From: Mycoplasma mycoides subsp. capri
GTDB taxonomy: Bacteria > Bacillota_I > Bacilli_A > Mycoplasmatales > Mycoplasmataceae
Assembly (NCBI RefSeq): GCF_018389705.1
Contig: NZ_CP065581.1
Coordinates: forward strand, 120,001-152,000
Length of the DNA: 32,000 nucleotides
Direction of reading: 5' to 3'
Numbering within the stretch: position 1 is the stretch's first letter; each line of letters opens with the position of its first letter. Position numbers and translations under genes: made by a program. The notes under the pieces were generated by a model, which was given only the letters and a program-made list of their open reading frames with translations, was not told the origin of the DNA and did no database searches. Shown here piece after piece: positions 1 through 10,830 of the stretch.

Positions 1-1958
1 GTTCCATCAATAGCATCTAAAAGTTCTTTTTTATTAATAGTTTTTTCACCATGAACTAAAGTTGAGTGTTTTTCAATTAATTCATAAGCTGCAGTAATTT
101 GCATTTTTTCAATAACAACACTTAGATCACTTGCTTCTAAAATATCATCTCTTTGAGCATAAATAATTTCACGTTGTTGAGCTAAAATATTATCATAATC
201 TAAAACATTTTTACGTTGATCAAAATTCATTCCTTCAAGTTTTTTTTGAGCATTTGTAACTGCTCTTGTAAACATTTTAGATTTAATATAATCATCACCT
301 AAAGCTTTAAAGCGTTGTCTTGTTTTTGGTGCTGTAAATCTCATCATTAGATCATCATCCATAGAAATATAAAATCTTGATAATCCTGGATCACCTTGTC
401 TTCCAGATCTACCTCTTAACTGGTTATCAATTCTTCTAGCTTCATTTCTTTCAACACCAAATACACGCAATCCACCAAGTTCAGCCACACCTTTTGCAAG
501 TTTAATATCAGTTCCTCTTCCAGCCATATTAGTAGCTAAAGTAATAGCTCCAATTTCTCCGGCTTTTGAAACAATTTCAGCTTCTCTATCATGATTTTTA
601 GCATTAATAGTTTCAAATTTTAAATTAGCTTTTTTTAAATATCTTGCAATTTGTTCACTTGATTCAACACTAGTAGTTCCAATCAAAATTGGAGCACCTT
701 TTTCATGAGCTTCTAAAACATCTTCAACTAGTTTTTTTAAAGCAGCGTTTTTTGTTCCAAATGTTAGATCTGGTTCATCTTTTCTGATTACTGGTTTATT
801 AGTTGGAGTTTGAATAACTCTTGTATTATAAATTTTAATAAATTCTTCTTCTTCAGTTTTTGCAGTTCCAGTCATTCCAGCAATTTTTGAATATAATCTA
901 TAAAAGTTTTGATAAGTAATTGTTGCTAAAGTTACAGTTTCTTCTTCAATATCAACATTTTCTTTTGCTTGTAAAGCTTGTTGTAGTCCATCTGAATAAC
1001 TTCTTCCATGCATTATACGACCAGTAAATTGATCAATTAATAAAATTTCATTATCTCTAACTGTATATTCAACACCTTCTTTAAATGCAAATTGAGCTTT
1101 TAATGCATTCATAATTAAGTGAAAAATCTCAGTATTTTCAATAGCAAATAAGTTTTTTAAAGAAAAGAATTCATTAGCTTTTTTCATTCCTTGTTCGTTT
1201 AAATAAACTTGTTTTGATTCTAAATCAATATCTAAATCATCATGTTCTTTTAAAGTTAAAGCAAAATTATTAGCAGCTTTATATAAATTAATTCTTGTTG
1301 ATGTTCCTCCAGAAATAATTAAAGGAGTTCTTGCTTCATCTATTAAAACTGAATCAGCTTCATCAATAATACAATAGTTTAATTTTCTTTGTACTTTTAA
1401 ACTATAATCACTAACCATATTATCTCTTAGATAATCAAATCCAAGTTCAGCATTAGTTGTATAAGTAATATCTTTATTATAAGCTTCTCTTTTTTCTGTT
1501 TTAGTTAATGATGATCCATTTAACCCAACACTAATTCCTAATAAATCAAAAACTTGACCATTAATTTCACTATCTCTTTTTGATAAATATTCATTAACTG
1601 TAACAATATGAACACCTTTACCAGATAATGCGTTTAAATAAGCAGGAAAAATTCCTGTTAAAGTTTTACCTTCACCAGTTCTCATTTCAGCAATATCACC
1701 AGAATTTAAAATAATTCCACCAATTAATTGCACTTTATAAGCATTTAAACCTAAAACTCTTCTAGCTGCTTCTCTAGCTACTGCATAAACTTCAATTAAA
1801 ATATCATCTAATGATTTTCCATCTTCTAACATTTGTTTAAATTCTTGTGTTTTTAATATGAAATCTTCATCTTTTAATTGACGCATTTGTGGTTCTAAAG
1901 CAATGATTTTATCAGCAATTTTTCCAAATTTTTTTAACAGTCTTTTATCAGAAACCAT
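1..1958 (-). CDS. secA: Preprotein translocase subunit SecA (partial, C-terminus beyond window start)
   Basis: Reverse-strand translation (TGA=Trp) from ATG at 1958: MVSDKRLLKKFGKIADKIIALEPQMRQLKDEDF...MRTGEGKTLTGIFPAYLNAL...CIIDEADSVLIDEARTPLIISG...GRGTDIKLAKGVAELGGLRVFG..RRIDNQLRGRSGRQGDPG; classic SecA motifs; open to window edge. Confidence 0.98.
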   Translation of the reverse strand, partial: MVSDKRLLKKFGKIADKIIALEPQMRQLKDEDFILKTQEFKQMLEDGKSLDDILIEVYAVAREAARRVLGLNAYKVQLIGGIILNSGDIAEMRTGEGKTLTGIFPAYLNALSGKGVHIVTVNEYLSKRDSEINGQVFDLLGISVGLNGSSLTKTEKREAYNKDITYTTNAELGFDYLRDNMVSDYSLKVQRKLNYCIIDEADSVLIDEARTPLIISGGTSTRINLYKAANNFALTLKEHDDLDIDLESKQVYLNEQGMKKANEFFSLKNLFAIENTEIFHLIMNALKAQFAFKEGVEYTVRDNEILLIDQFTGRIMHGRSYSDGLQQALQAKENVDIEEETVTLATITYQNFYRLYSKIAGMTGTAKTEEEEFIKIYNTRVIQTPTNKPVIRKDEPDLTFGTKNAALKKLVEDVLEAHEKGAPILIGTTSVESSEQIARYLKKANLKFETINAKNHDREAEIVSKAGEIGAITLATNMAGRGTDIKLAKGVAELGGLRVFGVERNEARRIDNQLRGRSGRQGDPGLSRFYISMDDDLMMRFTAPKTRQRFKALGDDYIKSKMFTRAVTNAQKKLEGMNFDQRKNVLDYDNILAQQREIIYAQRDDILEASDLSVVIEKMQITAAYELIEKHSTLVHGEKTINKKELLDAIDG

Positions 1959-2048
1959 TAGATCCTCCCAAGAAAATAAGATTGTACAATATAATAATTA
2001 TATAGCAAATATGCATTAAACTAATGATATAGATTATAAAAATAAAGT

Positions 2049-2624
2049 ATGAAAACTATTAAAAAAGAAATTTATAAAAATGAGTTTATTATTAAAAATT
2101 CTAAGTTTATAACAATTGCTACAAATATAAATTCTAAAGATGAATTAGAAGAATTTTTAAATAAATATTCGGATATAAATGCTACTCATAATTGTTATGC
2201 TTATATGATCTATGATCAAAAATTAATTGGTGGATATAATGATGATCATGAACCAAAAAACACAGCTGGTAAACCTATTTTTAATGTCATTAGTAAAAAT
2301 AATTTAGTTAATATTGTAATTTTAGTAATTAGATATTTTGGAGGAATTAAATTAGGAGCTAGTGTTTTAACTAGAACTTATAGTAATGCTGCAAGCTTAA
2401 TTATTAAAGATTTAGAAATTATTGAAATTAAGACTTATTATCAATATTTAATTAGTTTTGATATTAAAAATTTAAAACTAGTTAATCAATGAATTAATCA
2501 AAATAATATAGAAATTATTAGTAAAGATTTTAGTTTAAATGTAGTTTTTAAAATTAGATCAACTAGTAAAATAAGTAGTTGTAATTTTTTTAAAATTATT
2601 GATTTTAAAACTATAAAAAATTAA
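2049..2624 (+). CDS. YigZ/IMPACT family protein
   Basis: MKTIKKEIYKNEFIIKNSKFITIATNI...ATHNCYAYMI....GYNDDHEPKNTAGKPIFNVI...NIVILVIRYFGGIKLGASVLTRTYSNAA; YigZ/UPF0029 signature (DHEPKNTAGKP, RYFGGIKLG). Continuous to TAA at 2622-2624 with TGA=Trp. Confidence 0.93.
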
Positions 2625-2699
2625 TGTTTGTAATAACAAGTTATTAAAAATTCTTACTAACTATAATGATATTATTAAAAAGTAAGGATTTTTTTAAAA

Positions 2700-3614
2700 A
2701 TGATTACTAATGAAACCAAACCAATTTTACTAATTGATGGTTATCATTTACTACATAAAGGATATTATGGTACTTTAAAAAGAACAATAGTTTCAAAAAA
2801 TAAAGATGGTATTGTGATTAATGCAATTTATTCTTTTGTAGCAAATATATTAAAATTTGTTCAATCAGATCGATATCATAGTGTAATTGTTGCTTTTGAT
2901 TTTGATGAAAATTGTTGAAGAAAAGAACTTTATTCAGAATATAAAGCAAAAAGAAAACCAACTCCCATTGATCTAGTTCCACAGCTTCAAATAGCTAGAG
3001 ATTTTTTAACTAGTGCAAATATTTCTTGATATGAAAAATATAATTATGAAGGTGATGATGTTATTGGATCAATTTGTAGAATTGCTAATAAATTAGGATA
3101 TGATGTATGTATTCTTACAAATGATAAAGATATTTACCAATTAGTAAATAATAAAACTTCTATTATTACAAATATAAGTAAAAAAGAAAAAACTAAAATT
3201 ATAAAACCACAACAAGTATATGAACACTTTTTATGTCAACCAAATCAAGTAGCTGATATTAAAGCTATTTTAGGAGATCAATCAGATAATATTAAAGGTG
3301 TTAAATATATAAAAAGAAAACAGGCTGAGAGTTTAATTAATAAATATGAGAATGTTGAAAACATTTTAAATCATATTAATGAATTAAATGAACCTTTAAA
3401 GACTATTATTTCTGAAAACAAACAACTAATTATTGATAATAAAAAGATTACTAAAATATTAACTAATGTTAAATTAGGAAGAATAAATTTTAAACCAACT
3501 AAAATTACTTATTATCGATTAATTAGATTTTTAAAAGAACAAGAAATGTATGCTTTTATAAAACCTATTAGAAGGTATTTAGAAAGAACTAATAAAAAAA
3601 CAGTGAACAAATAA
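2700..3614 (+). CDS. Stand-alone 5'-3' exonuclease (DNA polymerase I N-terminal domain-like)
   Basis: MITNETKPILLIDGYHLLHKGYYGTL...VIVAFDFDENCWRKELYSEYKAKRKPTPIDLVPQLQIARDFLTSANI...NYEGDDVIGSICRIANKLGYDVCILTNDKDIYQLVNNK...LRGDQSDNIKGVKYIKRKQAESLI; typical FEN/PolA 5' nuclease motifs; 305 codons incl. stop, no polymerase domain. Confidence 0.93.
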
Positions 3615-3634
3615 GTTCACTGTTTTTAGTTATA
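3596..3634 (+). terminator. Rho-independent terminator overlapping the end of the exonuclease gene
   Basis: AAAAACAGTGAAC-AAATA-AGTTCACTGTTTTT: perfect inverted repeat followed by a T-run, likely functional on both strands. Confidence 0.85.
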
Positions 3635-3702
3635 AGTATTAGTAAATAGCTTTTTAGTAGTTTATTAAAATGCAAGTAATTAATAAGTAGTTTGCTAATT
3701 GT

Positions 3703-3708
3703 TATAAT
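3703..3708 (+). promoter_or_regulatory. Putative -10 box for the hsdMSR operon
   Basis: TATAAT at 3703-3708, ~55 nt upstream of the hsdM ATG, in a 148-bp intergenic region behind a terminator; no convincing -35. Confidence 0.4.
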
Positions 3709-3762
3709 TTTAAGTGACAAATATATCAGTGTAATTTTTAAAAAATATTTATAGGAGAAAAG

Positions 3763-6429
3763 ATGGGTAATAAAATAACTAAGCAAAAATTAGGTTCTAT
3801 TATTTGAGAATCAGCTAATAAATTAAGAAAGAATTTAGATGCATCTGAATATAAAGATTATGTTTTAGGATTAATTTTATATAAGTTTTTATGTGAAAGA
3901 CAAACTGAATATTTATTAAGAGATTGGTTAAAAAAAAGTGATCTAAAATATTTAGATACTAAGTTAAATTTTGAATCTATTAAAATAGAACAAGATTGTG
4001 AAATCCAATCAAAACATGATGTTAATGAGTTAAAAAATGAATGCATAGAAAATTTAGGATATTATATAGACTATAGTAATTTATTTAACTATTGATTAGA
4101 TAACAAAAGTGAGTTTAATATTCAGAGTTTTCAACAAGCTTTTAATGAATTCAACAACAATATTAATGAAAAATATAAAACTTTATTTAAAGATATTTTT
4201 ATTAAATTTGAAACCGGATTAAATAACCTTGGTAGTGATACTAAAGAAAGAACTAAAGTTATTTTAGATTTATTAGATACTATTAAAAAAATACCAACAA
4301 CAAACCAAGATTATGATGTCTTAGGATTTATTTATGAGTATTTAATTGCAAGATTTGCTTCAACTGCAGGTAAAAACGCAGGCGAATTTTATACTCCTCA
4401 TGAAGTATCTGAATTAATGTCAAAAATCATTACATTTCATTTAAAAGATAGAGAAACTATTAAAGTCTATGATCCAACTAGTGGATCTGGATCTTTACTT
4501 TTAAATATTGGTGAAGAATTTAAAAAATATAATAATAAAACTAGTCCTGTTAGTTATTATGCTCAAGAAATTAAACCTGATACTTTTAACTTGACAAGAA
4601 TGAATTTAATTATGAAAGGAATTAATCCAACTGAAATTCATGCAAGATGTGGTGATACTTTAGAACAAGACTGACCAATGTTTGAAAATAATGATATTAA
4701 TTCTTATCAACATTTAAGTGTTGATGCAGTAGTTTCAAATCCACCTTATTCTCAAAAATGAAATCCAGAAGATCATGAATTTGATTCGCGTTATAGTGAA
4801 TATGGGATTGCTCCAAAATCAAAAGCAGATTATGCGTTCTTACTTCATGATCTATATCACGTTGCTAGCAATGGAATAATGGCTATTGTTTTACCCCATG
4901 GAGTTTTATTTAGAGGTAATCAAGAAGGGGTTATTCGTAAAAGATTAATCGAGAGATCAAATATTGATACTATTATTGGACTACCATCAAATATGTTTTA
5001 TGGAACAGGTATTCCTACAATTATTATGATTTTAAAAAAATATAGAAAAGGAAATGATATTTTATTTGTTGATGCTTCTCAACTGTATATTAAAGATGAT
5101 AAAAAAAATAAATTTACAAAATCTCATATTAAAAAAATATCAGATATTGTAAATAATAGATTAGAAGTTAAAAACCTTTCAAAAAAAGTTAGTTTAAAAG
5201 AAATTGAGCAAAACGATTACAATTTAAATATTTCAAGATATATTGATAATTTCAAAAAACAAGAACAATACGATCTTTACTCATTAATGTATGGAGGAAT
5301 TAGTAATCAAGAGCTAGATAAATATCAAGATTTTTTTGATGTATTTAAAAATCTTAAAGATAAATTAATCAAACTAAATAAAAATAGCTATTATGAATTT
5401 CTAAAAGATATTGATATTAGAAAAATAATTTATGATGATATTCAAGTTAAAACTTATTTAGATAATGTTAAAGATAAATCTGAAAAATTTAAAAATTATT
5501 TTAAAACTTTAATTACTTCAATTAATGATATTAAAGATGTTAATTTAATGAAACTTGAACAACAATTAAGTGAATATGTTTTTAATAATTTTAATGATAT
5601 TTCTTTTGTTGATGTTTATGATATCTATCAAATAATTATTAATAATCTTGAACCTATTAAAGAAGATATTTGATTAATTTCTAAATACTATCTAAACAAT
5701 TTCCAATATAAAGATAATATTTGTTATGAAATTTTATTAAATGAAATAGATACCTTAGAAAAAGAAAAGAAGTCTAAATTAGTTAAGAAATGAAGTTCTA
5801 ATATATTAGATAAAACATTAATAGAAGAGACATACTTTAAAGAGACATTTGATCAAATTAGTGAGTTTGAACAACAATTAGAATTTTTAAATAGCCAATT
5901 AGAAGAAATATTTTCATCTATTAATGAAGAAGATAAAACTGATGAGATTTATGATAGTGAAAAAGAAGAGTGAAAAGAAAAAGAGATTAAAGATTTAGCT
6001 AAATCATTAATTAAATCTAAAGAAGTATTTGATCAAGATAGTTTTGAATATAATATCATCAAAGCAAATGATGTTTATGTAGAACAAGATAAGTTTAAAA
6101 AATCTAAAAATAAACTATTTAAACAATTGATTAATGATTCATACAATAAATATCTAAGTTTAAATGAAACTGAGTTTTATGATCTTTTGATAAAAAAATG
6201 ATTAGATAAAATAGTTGGTCAATTAAAACAAGTTTCAACTGATGCAATTGATAATTATGTATCTCAATTTGAAAGTTTAGAAAATAAATATAAAGACACT
6301 TTAAGTGACATTAATGATCAAATATTGGACAATGAGAGACAGTTATCAACTTTATTAAAAGACTTAAAAGGTGAAGAAAGTGATTTAAAAGCGATTCAAG
6401 AGTTAATAAGCATACTAGGGAGTGAATAA
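3763..6429 (+). CDS. hsdM: Type I restriction-modification system, modification (methyltransferase) subunit HsdM
   Basis: ATG preceded by AGGAGAAAAG. MGNKITKQKLGSIIWESANKLRKNLDASEYKDYVLGLILYKFLCERQ...DVLGFIYEYLIARFASTAGKNAGEFYTPHEVSELMSKII...VYDPTSGSGSLLLNIG...AVVSNPPYSQKW...NGIMAIVLPHGVLFRGNQEGVIRKRLIERSNIDTIIGLPSNMFYGTGIPTIIMILKK. 889 codons incl. stop with TGA=Trp. Confidence 0.97.
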
Positions 6430-6430
6430 A

Positions 6431-7576
6431 ATGGGTGAAAAATTACTAGTTCCAAAGATTAGATTTAAGGAATTTACTAACGCTTGAGAACAGGAAAAGT
6501 TGGGTAATCTACTTATATATGAACAACCAACGAATTACATTGTTAAATCAGAAAAATATACAAAGTCAGGAATTCCTGTGTTAACCGCAGGTAAGTCATT
6601 TATATTAGGTTACACAAGAGAAAATTTTGGAATCAAATATGTAAATAATGAAAAACCTGTTTTAATATTTGATGACTTTACAACAGCAATACACTTGATT
6701 AATTTTAATTTTAAGGTAAAAAGTTCAGCTATCAAGTTGTTGTCAAATAGAAAAAATAATGATAATTTATTTTTTAACTTTTTATTAATTAAAAGCTTAA
6801 ATTTTGAACCAGAAGCTCATGAAAGACATTGAATATCAAAATTTTCTTTATTTGAAATGAAACTTCCTAAATTAACTGAAAAAATAAGAATTTCATCATT
6901 ATTTTCTAACCTAGATTCACTAATCACCCTTCATCAGCGTAAGTTAATTTTGCTAAAAAACACAAAAAATAGACTTTTTGAAAAGATGTTTTGTGATGAA
7001 AAATCAGAATTTCCAAGCATCAGATTTAAGGAATTTACTAACGCTTGAGAACAGGAAAAGTTGGGGAATTTAACTATTTTAAATCGTTTTTCTCAAATTA
7101 GTGCTGATACTCTACAAAAAATAAACGAACATAAAGGAAATATATTCCTTTTACCATCTTCAAATAACAATAATTGAAAATCTAATTACAGTGAAAAGAT
7201 ATCACATCTAATAAATAATGCAGAAATTATAACAGTTGGTAGAGCTAGAAATCCTAATCCCAAGTATGTGAATGGCCCTTTTATTTCCTCTCAAAATCAT
7301 ATTATAGAATCCAAAAGTAATGATATCGTAGCAAATAAATTTTTATATTTTTTTATTTGTAAAGTAGGTAGAACTTTTTATGGTTCTCAAAGCACATACC
7401 CAATGTTCACTAGAGTAGATTTTGAAGATACTAGATTGTTATTCCCACTTATAATTGAACAGGAAAAAATATTAAAAATTTTTAACAACCTAGATTCACT
7501 AATCACCCTTCATCAGCGTAAGCTTCTATTATTAAAAAACATAAAAAATACATTATTAGAAAAAATGTTTGTATAG
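6431..7576 (+). CDS. hsdS: Type I restriction-modification specificity subunit HsdS (expressed copy, two TRDs)
   Basis: ATG 1 nt after the hsdM stop. [43 protein letters not shown]...TRD1...[64 protein letters not shown]...TRD2...[31 protein letters not shown]. Two-fold repeat architecture typical of HsdS. Confidence 0.96.
6461..6504 (+). repeat. 44-bp direct repeat R1, copy 1 (start of TRD1)
   Basis: agatttaaggaatttactaacgcttgagaacaggaaaagttggg, identical to 7022-7065; offset 561 bp (187 codons, in frame). Confidence 0.95.
6483..6937 (+). repeat. 455-bp inverted repeat arm 1 (TRD-A plus flanking repeat cores) within expressed hsdS
   Basis: Matches the reverse complement of 12336-12790 wherever compared by eye; both arms are 455 bp and the ORF track gives identical 110-aa proteins (6500..6832 + and 12441..12773 -). 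Confidence 0.95.
6910..6940 (+). repeat. 31-bp repeat R2, copy 1 (after TRD1)
   Basis: cctagattcactaatcacccttcatcagcgt (encodes part of [10 protein letters not shown]). Confidence 0.95.
7022..7065 (+). repeat. 44-bp direct repeat R1, copy 2 (start of TRD2)
   Basis: Identical to 6461-6504; a shorter core (cttgagaacag) recurs inverted at 12231-12241 and 12780-12790. Confidence 0.95.
7489..7519 (+). repeat. 31-bp repeat R2, copy 2 (after TRD2)
   Basis: Same 31-mer as 6910-6940; offset 579 bp (193 codons, in frame). Confidence 0.95.
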
Positions 7577-7584
7577 GAGAAAAT

Positions 7585-10500
7585 ATGCATTTTATTTCAG
7601 AAAAAGATTTTGAAAAAACAATAATTAATAATTTAAAAGAGTATGGATGAAAAGGATTTCCTAATAATTTAGATGATCACTTAACTAAACAAAATAACTA
7701 TAAAGTTGTTCTAACAAATCCTGATGAAAGACAACTTATCCAAAACTGAAAAAACATAATTTTTTCTAATAATAAAGACATACTAAATGGTATTGAACTT
7801 TCTTCTGATGAAATGGATCAAATTATTCAATTAGTAAATAATTGTAAATCTTTTGTTGATTCTAATACATTAATTAGTAACGAATTTATAACAATAAAAA
7901 GAACAAATAAAGATGATCAAAAAAGTTTTAATAAAGAAGTTGCATTAAGACTAATAAATAAACGTGATATTAATTCTGGATATACTACCTATCAAATTGC
8001 TCAACAAATAAGAACTGATAAATTAGAAGATAGTAAGTCTAGAAGAGGAGATTTAATGTTGTTAATCAACGGAATGCCTCTAATTCACATAGAACTAAAA
8101 AACAATACACAATCTATAGGTAATGCTGTTGCTCAATTACATAATTATTCAAGATTAGGTTTTTATAATGGTATTTTTAAACTTGTTCAAGTAATAGTTG
8201 CAATGACGCCAAATGAAATGATGTATATGCCGAATGCTGTTGATCACAAAGATATTTCTAAGGAAAGATTCTTAAAATGAACTGATGAAAATAATAAACC
8301 AATAAATGATTGAAAAACTATAGTAAAACAGTTTTTTAGAATTCCCTTTGCTCATAGATTAATAGCTGACTTTGCAATAGCTGATAGTAGTGATAATAAT
8401 TTAAAATTATTGAGAAGTTATCAAATTCATGCGGTTAATAAAATACAAAATAAATTCTTTAATAAAGAAATTTTTATTGAAAAATTGTCTAAAATAAGTC
8501 AAAAAGGTGGGTATGTTTGACATACAACAGGTAGTGGTAAAACGTTAACAAGTTTTAAATTATCAACATTATTATTAGAATGAAATCAAGCAGATACTGT
8601 TGTTTTTGTTGTGGATAGAATAGAATTAGGAACACAAACAAAAAGCGCATTTAAAAACTTTAATTCATCAGGAAAAATCTCAGTATTAGAAGCAGAATCG
8701 ACTAATGATCTAGTAGAACTACTATCTGATAATTCTTCAAGACATCAACTTATTATTACTTCTATTCATAAACAATCAAGAGCTAATCAAGAAAATTATG
8801 AAAAACAATTACAACAAATTTCTAAAAAGAAAATAGTTTTTATTTTTGATGAGGCTCACAGATCAACATTTGGAGATATGTTTAAAAACATTATTACAAG
8901 CATTCCTAATTCTGTAGTTTTTGGTTTTACTGGAACTCCTATTTTTAAGGAAAACAAAAAAGAAGATAGAACAACTGAAGATAATTTTGGTCCATTATTA
9001 CATAAATACACTATGGATGATGGTATGAATGATGGTAAAGTTTTAGGTTTTACATCTGAGTATGTTTATTTAGATAGACTATTACTTCCAACAATTGATC
9101 AATATGATAATAGATCTTCATTAAATAATAATCCTACTGAAATAGCATTTGAGAAACTTCAAAAACTTCAAAATTTAATTAAGGAAAAAGATGAACATTT
9201 ATTAAAATATGAGAAAAATCTTTATAAGTTCTTACAGTCAGACAAGAACAACAATTACAAAGAACAAGTTGTTGATGATATTTTAAAAAAATGAAGAAAT
9301 AAAAGTTGAAATAATTTTTTTAGTGCAATTTTTGCTACTTCATCTATTAAAGATGCTATCGACTACTTTGAAATATTTTCTAAAAAAGTAAATGACAAAA
9401 AAGTTCAAATTAAATTTACTGCACTTTTTGATCCATCAACTGATATTTCAGAAGAATATGACAATATTTCAAAGGGATTATTAAAGTCAGAAAAAATAAA
9501 AGAAATTATATATCAATATAACAATGACTTTAATACTAATTTTGATGCATCATCAACAAATGATTATGCTAATTTTAAAATTGATATTCAAAAAAGATTA
9601 GCTAGAAAAGATAAATATACTAATTTAGATAATAAAGAAAATAAAGATCAAAGATTAGATTTATTAATAGTAGTTAATCAATTATTAACAGGTTATGATT
9701 CTAAATATATTAATACGGTATATTTTGATAAGAAACTAGAAGATGAACATTTGATACAAGCAATTTCAAGAACTAATAGAATTTATAAAAAAGAAAAAAA
9801 ACCTTTAGGTGATGTTGTGTTTTACAATAGACCTGGTCAAATGAGATGAAATGTTGACAAAGCGCTAGTATTATATACTAATACTAATCCTGAAATGGGT
9901 GCTCCTATGAGTTTAGAATTGTTATATTCAAAAATAGATGAATCATTTACAAAAATAAAATGTCTATTTGAGCAATGAAACTATCCAAATTTTGAATCAG
10001 TTCCTAATTCTGAGCAAATAAAAAAAGATGACGCTAAACTATTTTTATCTGAATATCAAAATATAAGAACTAATTTAAGAACAGCTATTATTTTAGGTTT
10101 TGATTTTGATAATAACAAAAAAATTATAATGACAAAAGATCAATGAGAATTAATTGAATCAAGAATTAAAGATATTGATTTTTCACAATTTAAGGATTCA
10201 ATTCAAGAAGATGATGAGCTATTTTTAATATTAGAATTAGCTGATGTAGAAAACACATCTTGAACATTTGTGATTGATAATAATTATTTAAAAAAACTAT
10301 TTAATGATTATAATTACAAAAAAGAAAACAAAGAAATTACAGAAGAGTATAGAATCTGGTTTAAAAAAGAATTAGAAAATAAATTCATTATTAAATTCCC
10401 TAAAGAATATCAACAAATAGCAAGAGGATGTTTAGATTCATTAATTGGTGGCCTTAATAAAAATGTTAGTGAATTTGATTTAAAAGATGAAGTTATTAGA

Positions 10501-10773
10501 AGGGTTAGAAATAAAATATATCAAGAAATTTCTGACTTTTCTGGAGCAATGAATCTTAATACTGAAGAATTAAAAAAAATAATTGATTCAGACGATCCTA
10601 TTAATGCATATGGTAGATTTGAAGATCTATGCAAAAATGGGTTAACTGAACAAGCAAAATCAGCTATAGCAAGATATTTAGACACAAGTATAGAAGAAAT
10701 AAAACCCGGTCCGTATAAAAAAGAAATAAAAGCATTTATTAAAGAACAAAAAAAGAAGAGAATGAAAATATAA
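7585..10773 (+). CDS. hsdR: Type I restriction-modification endonuclease subunit HsdR
   Basis: ATG preceded by TAGGAGAAAAT. MHFISEKDFEKTIINNLKEYGWKGFPNNLDDHLTKQN...LINGMPLIHIELKNN (nuclease region)...WHTTGSGKTLTSFKLS (Walker A)...KKIVFIFDEAHRSTFG (DEAH)...VFGFTGTPIF...LLIVVNQLLTGYDSKYINTVYFDKKL..EHLIQAISRTNRI. 1063 codons incl. stop with TGA=Trp. Confidence 0.97.
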
Positions 10774-10784
10774 AAAACAAAAAA

Positions 10785-10812
10785 ACGCCGCTAATAAAAG
10801 CGACGTTTTTTG
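10785..10812. terminator. Terminator between convergent hsdR and recombinase genes
   Basis: aaaaACGCCGCT-aataaa-AGCGACGTtttttt: near-perfect stem (one C/A mismatch on +, G-T wobble on -), A-run on one side and T-run on the other, so plausibly bidirectional. Confidence 0.8.
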
Positions 10813-10830
10813 CGTGGGTCTTCATTTATA

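Noticed and set aside
3589-4046. Minus-strand ORFs of 65 and 62 aa antisense to the exonuclease end and hsdM
   Set aside because: Lie antisense to well-supported genes, low-complexity/hydrophobic translations typical of reversed AT-rich coding sequence; no homology or RBS seen.
6461-7519. Repeated short units that could suggest a CRISPR or tandem array
   Set aside because: Repeats are coding, in-frame, paired around TRDs and not arranged with short regular spacers.
4417-7576. Apparent fragmentation of hsdM, hsdS and other genes into several short ORFs
   Set aside because: Breaks coincide with in-frame TGA codons read as Trp in mollicutes, not with frameshifts; frames are consistent across fragments.
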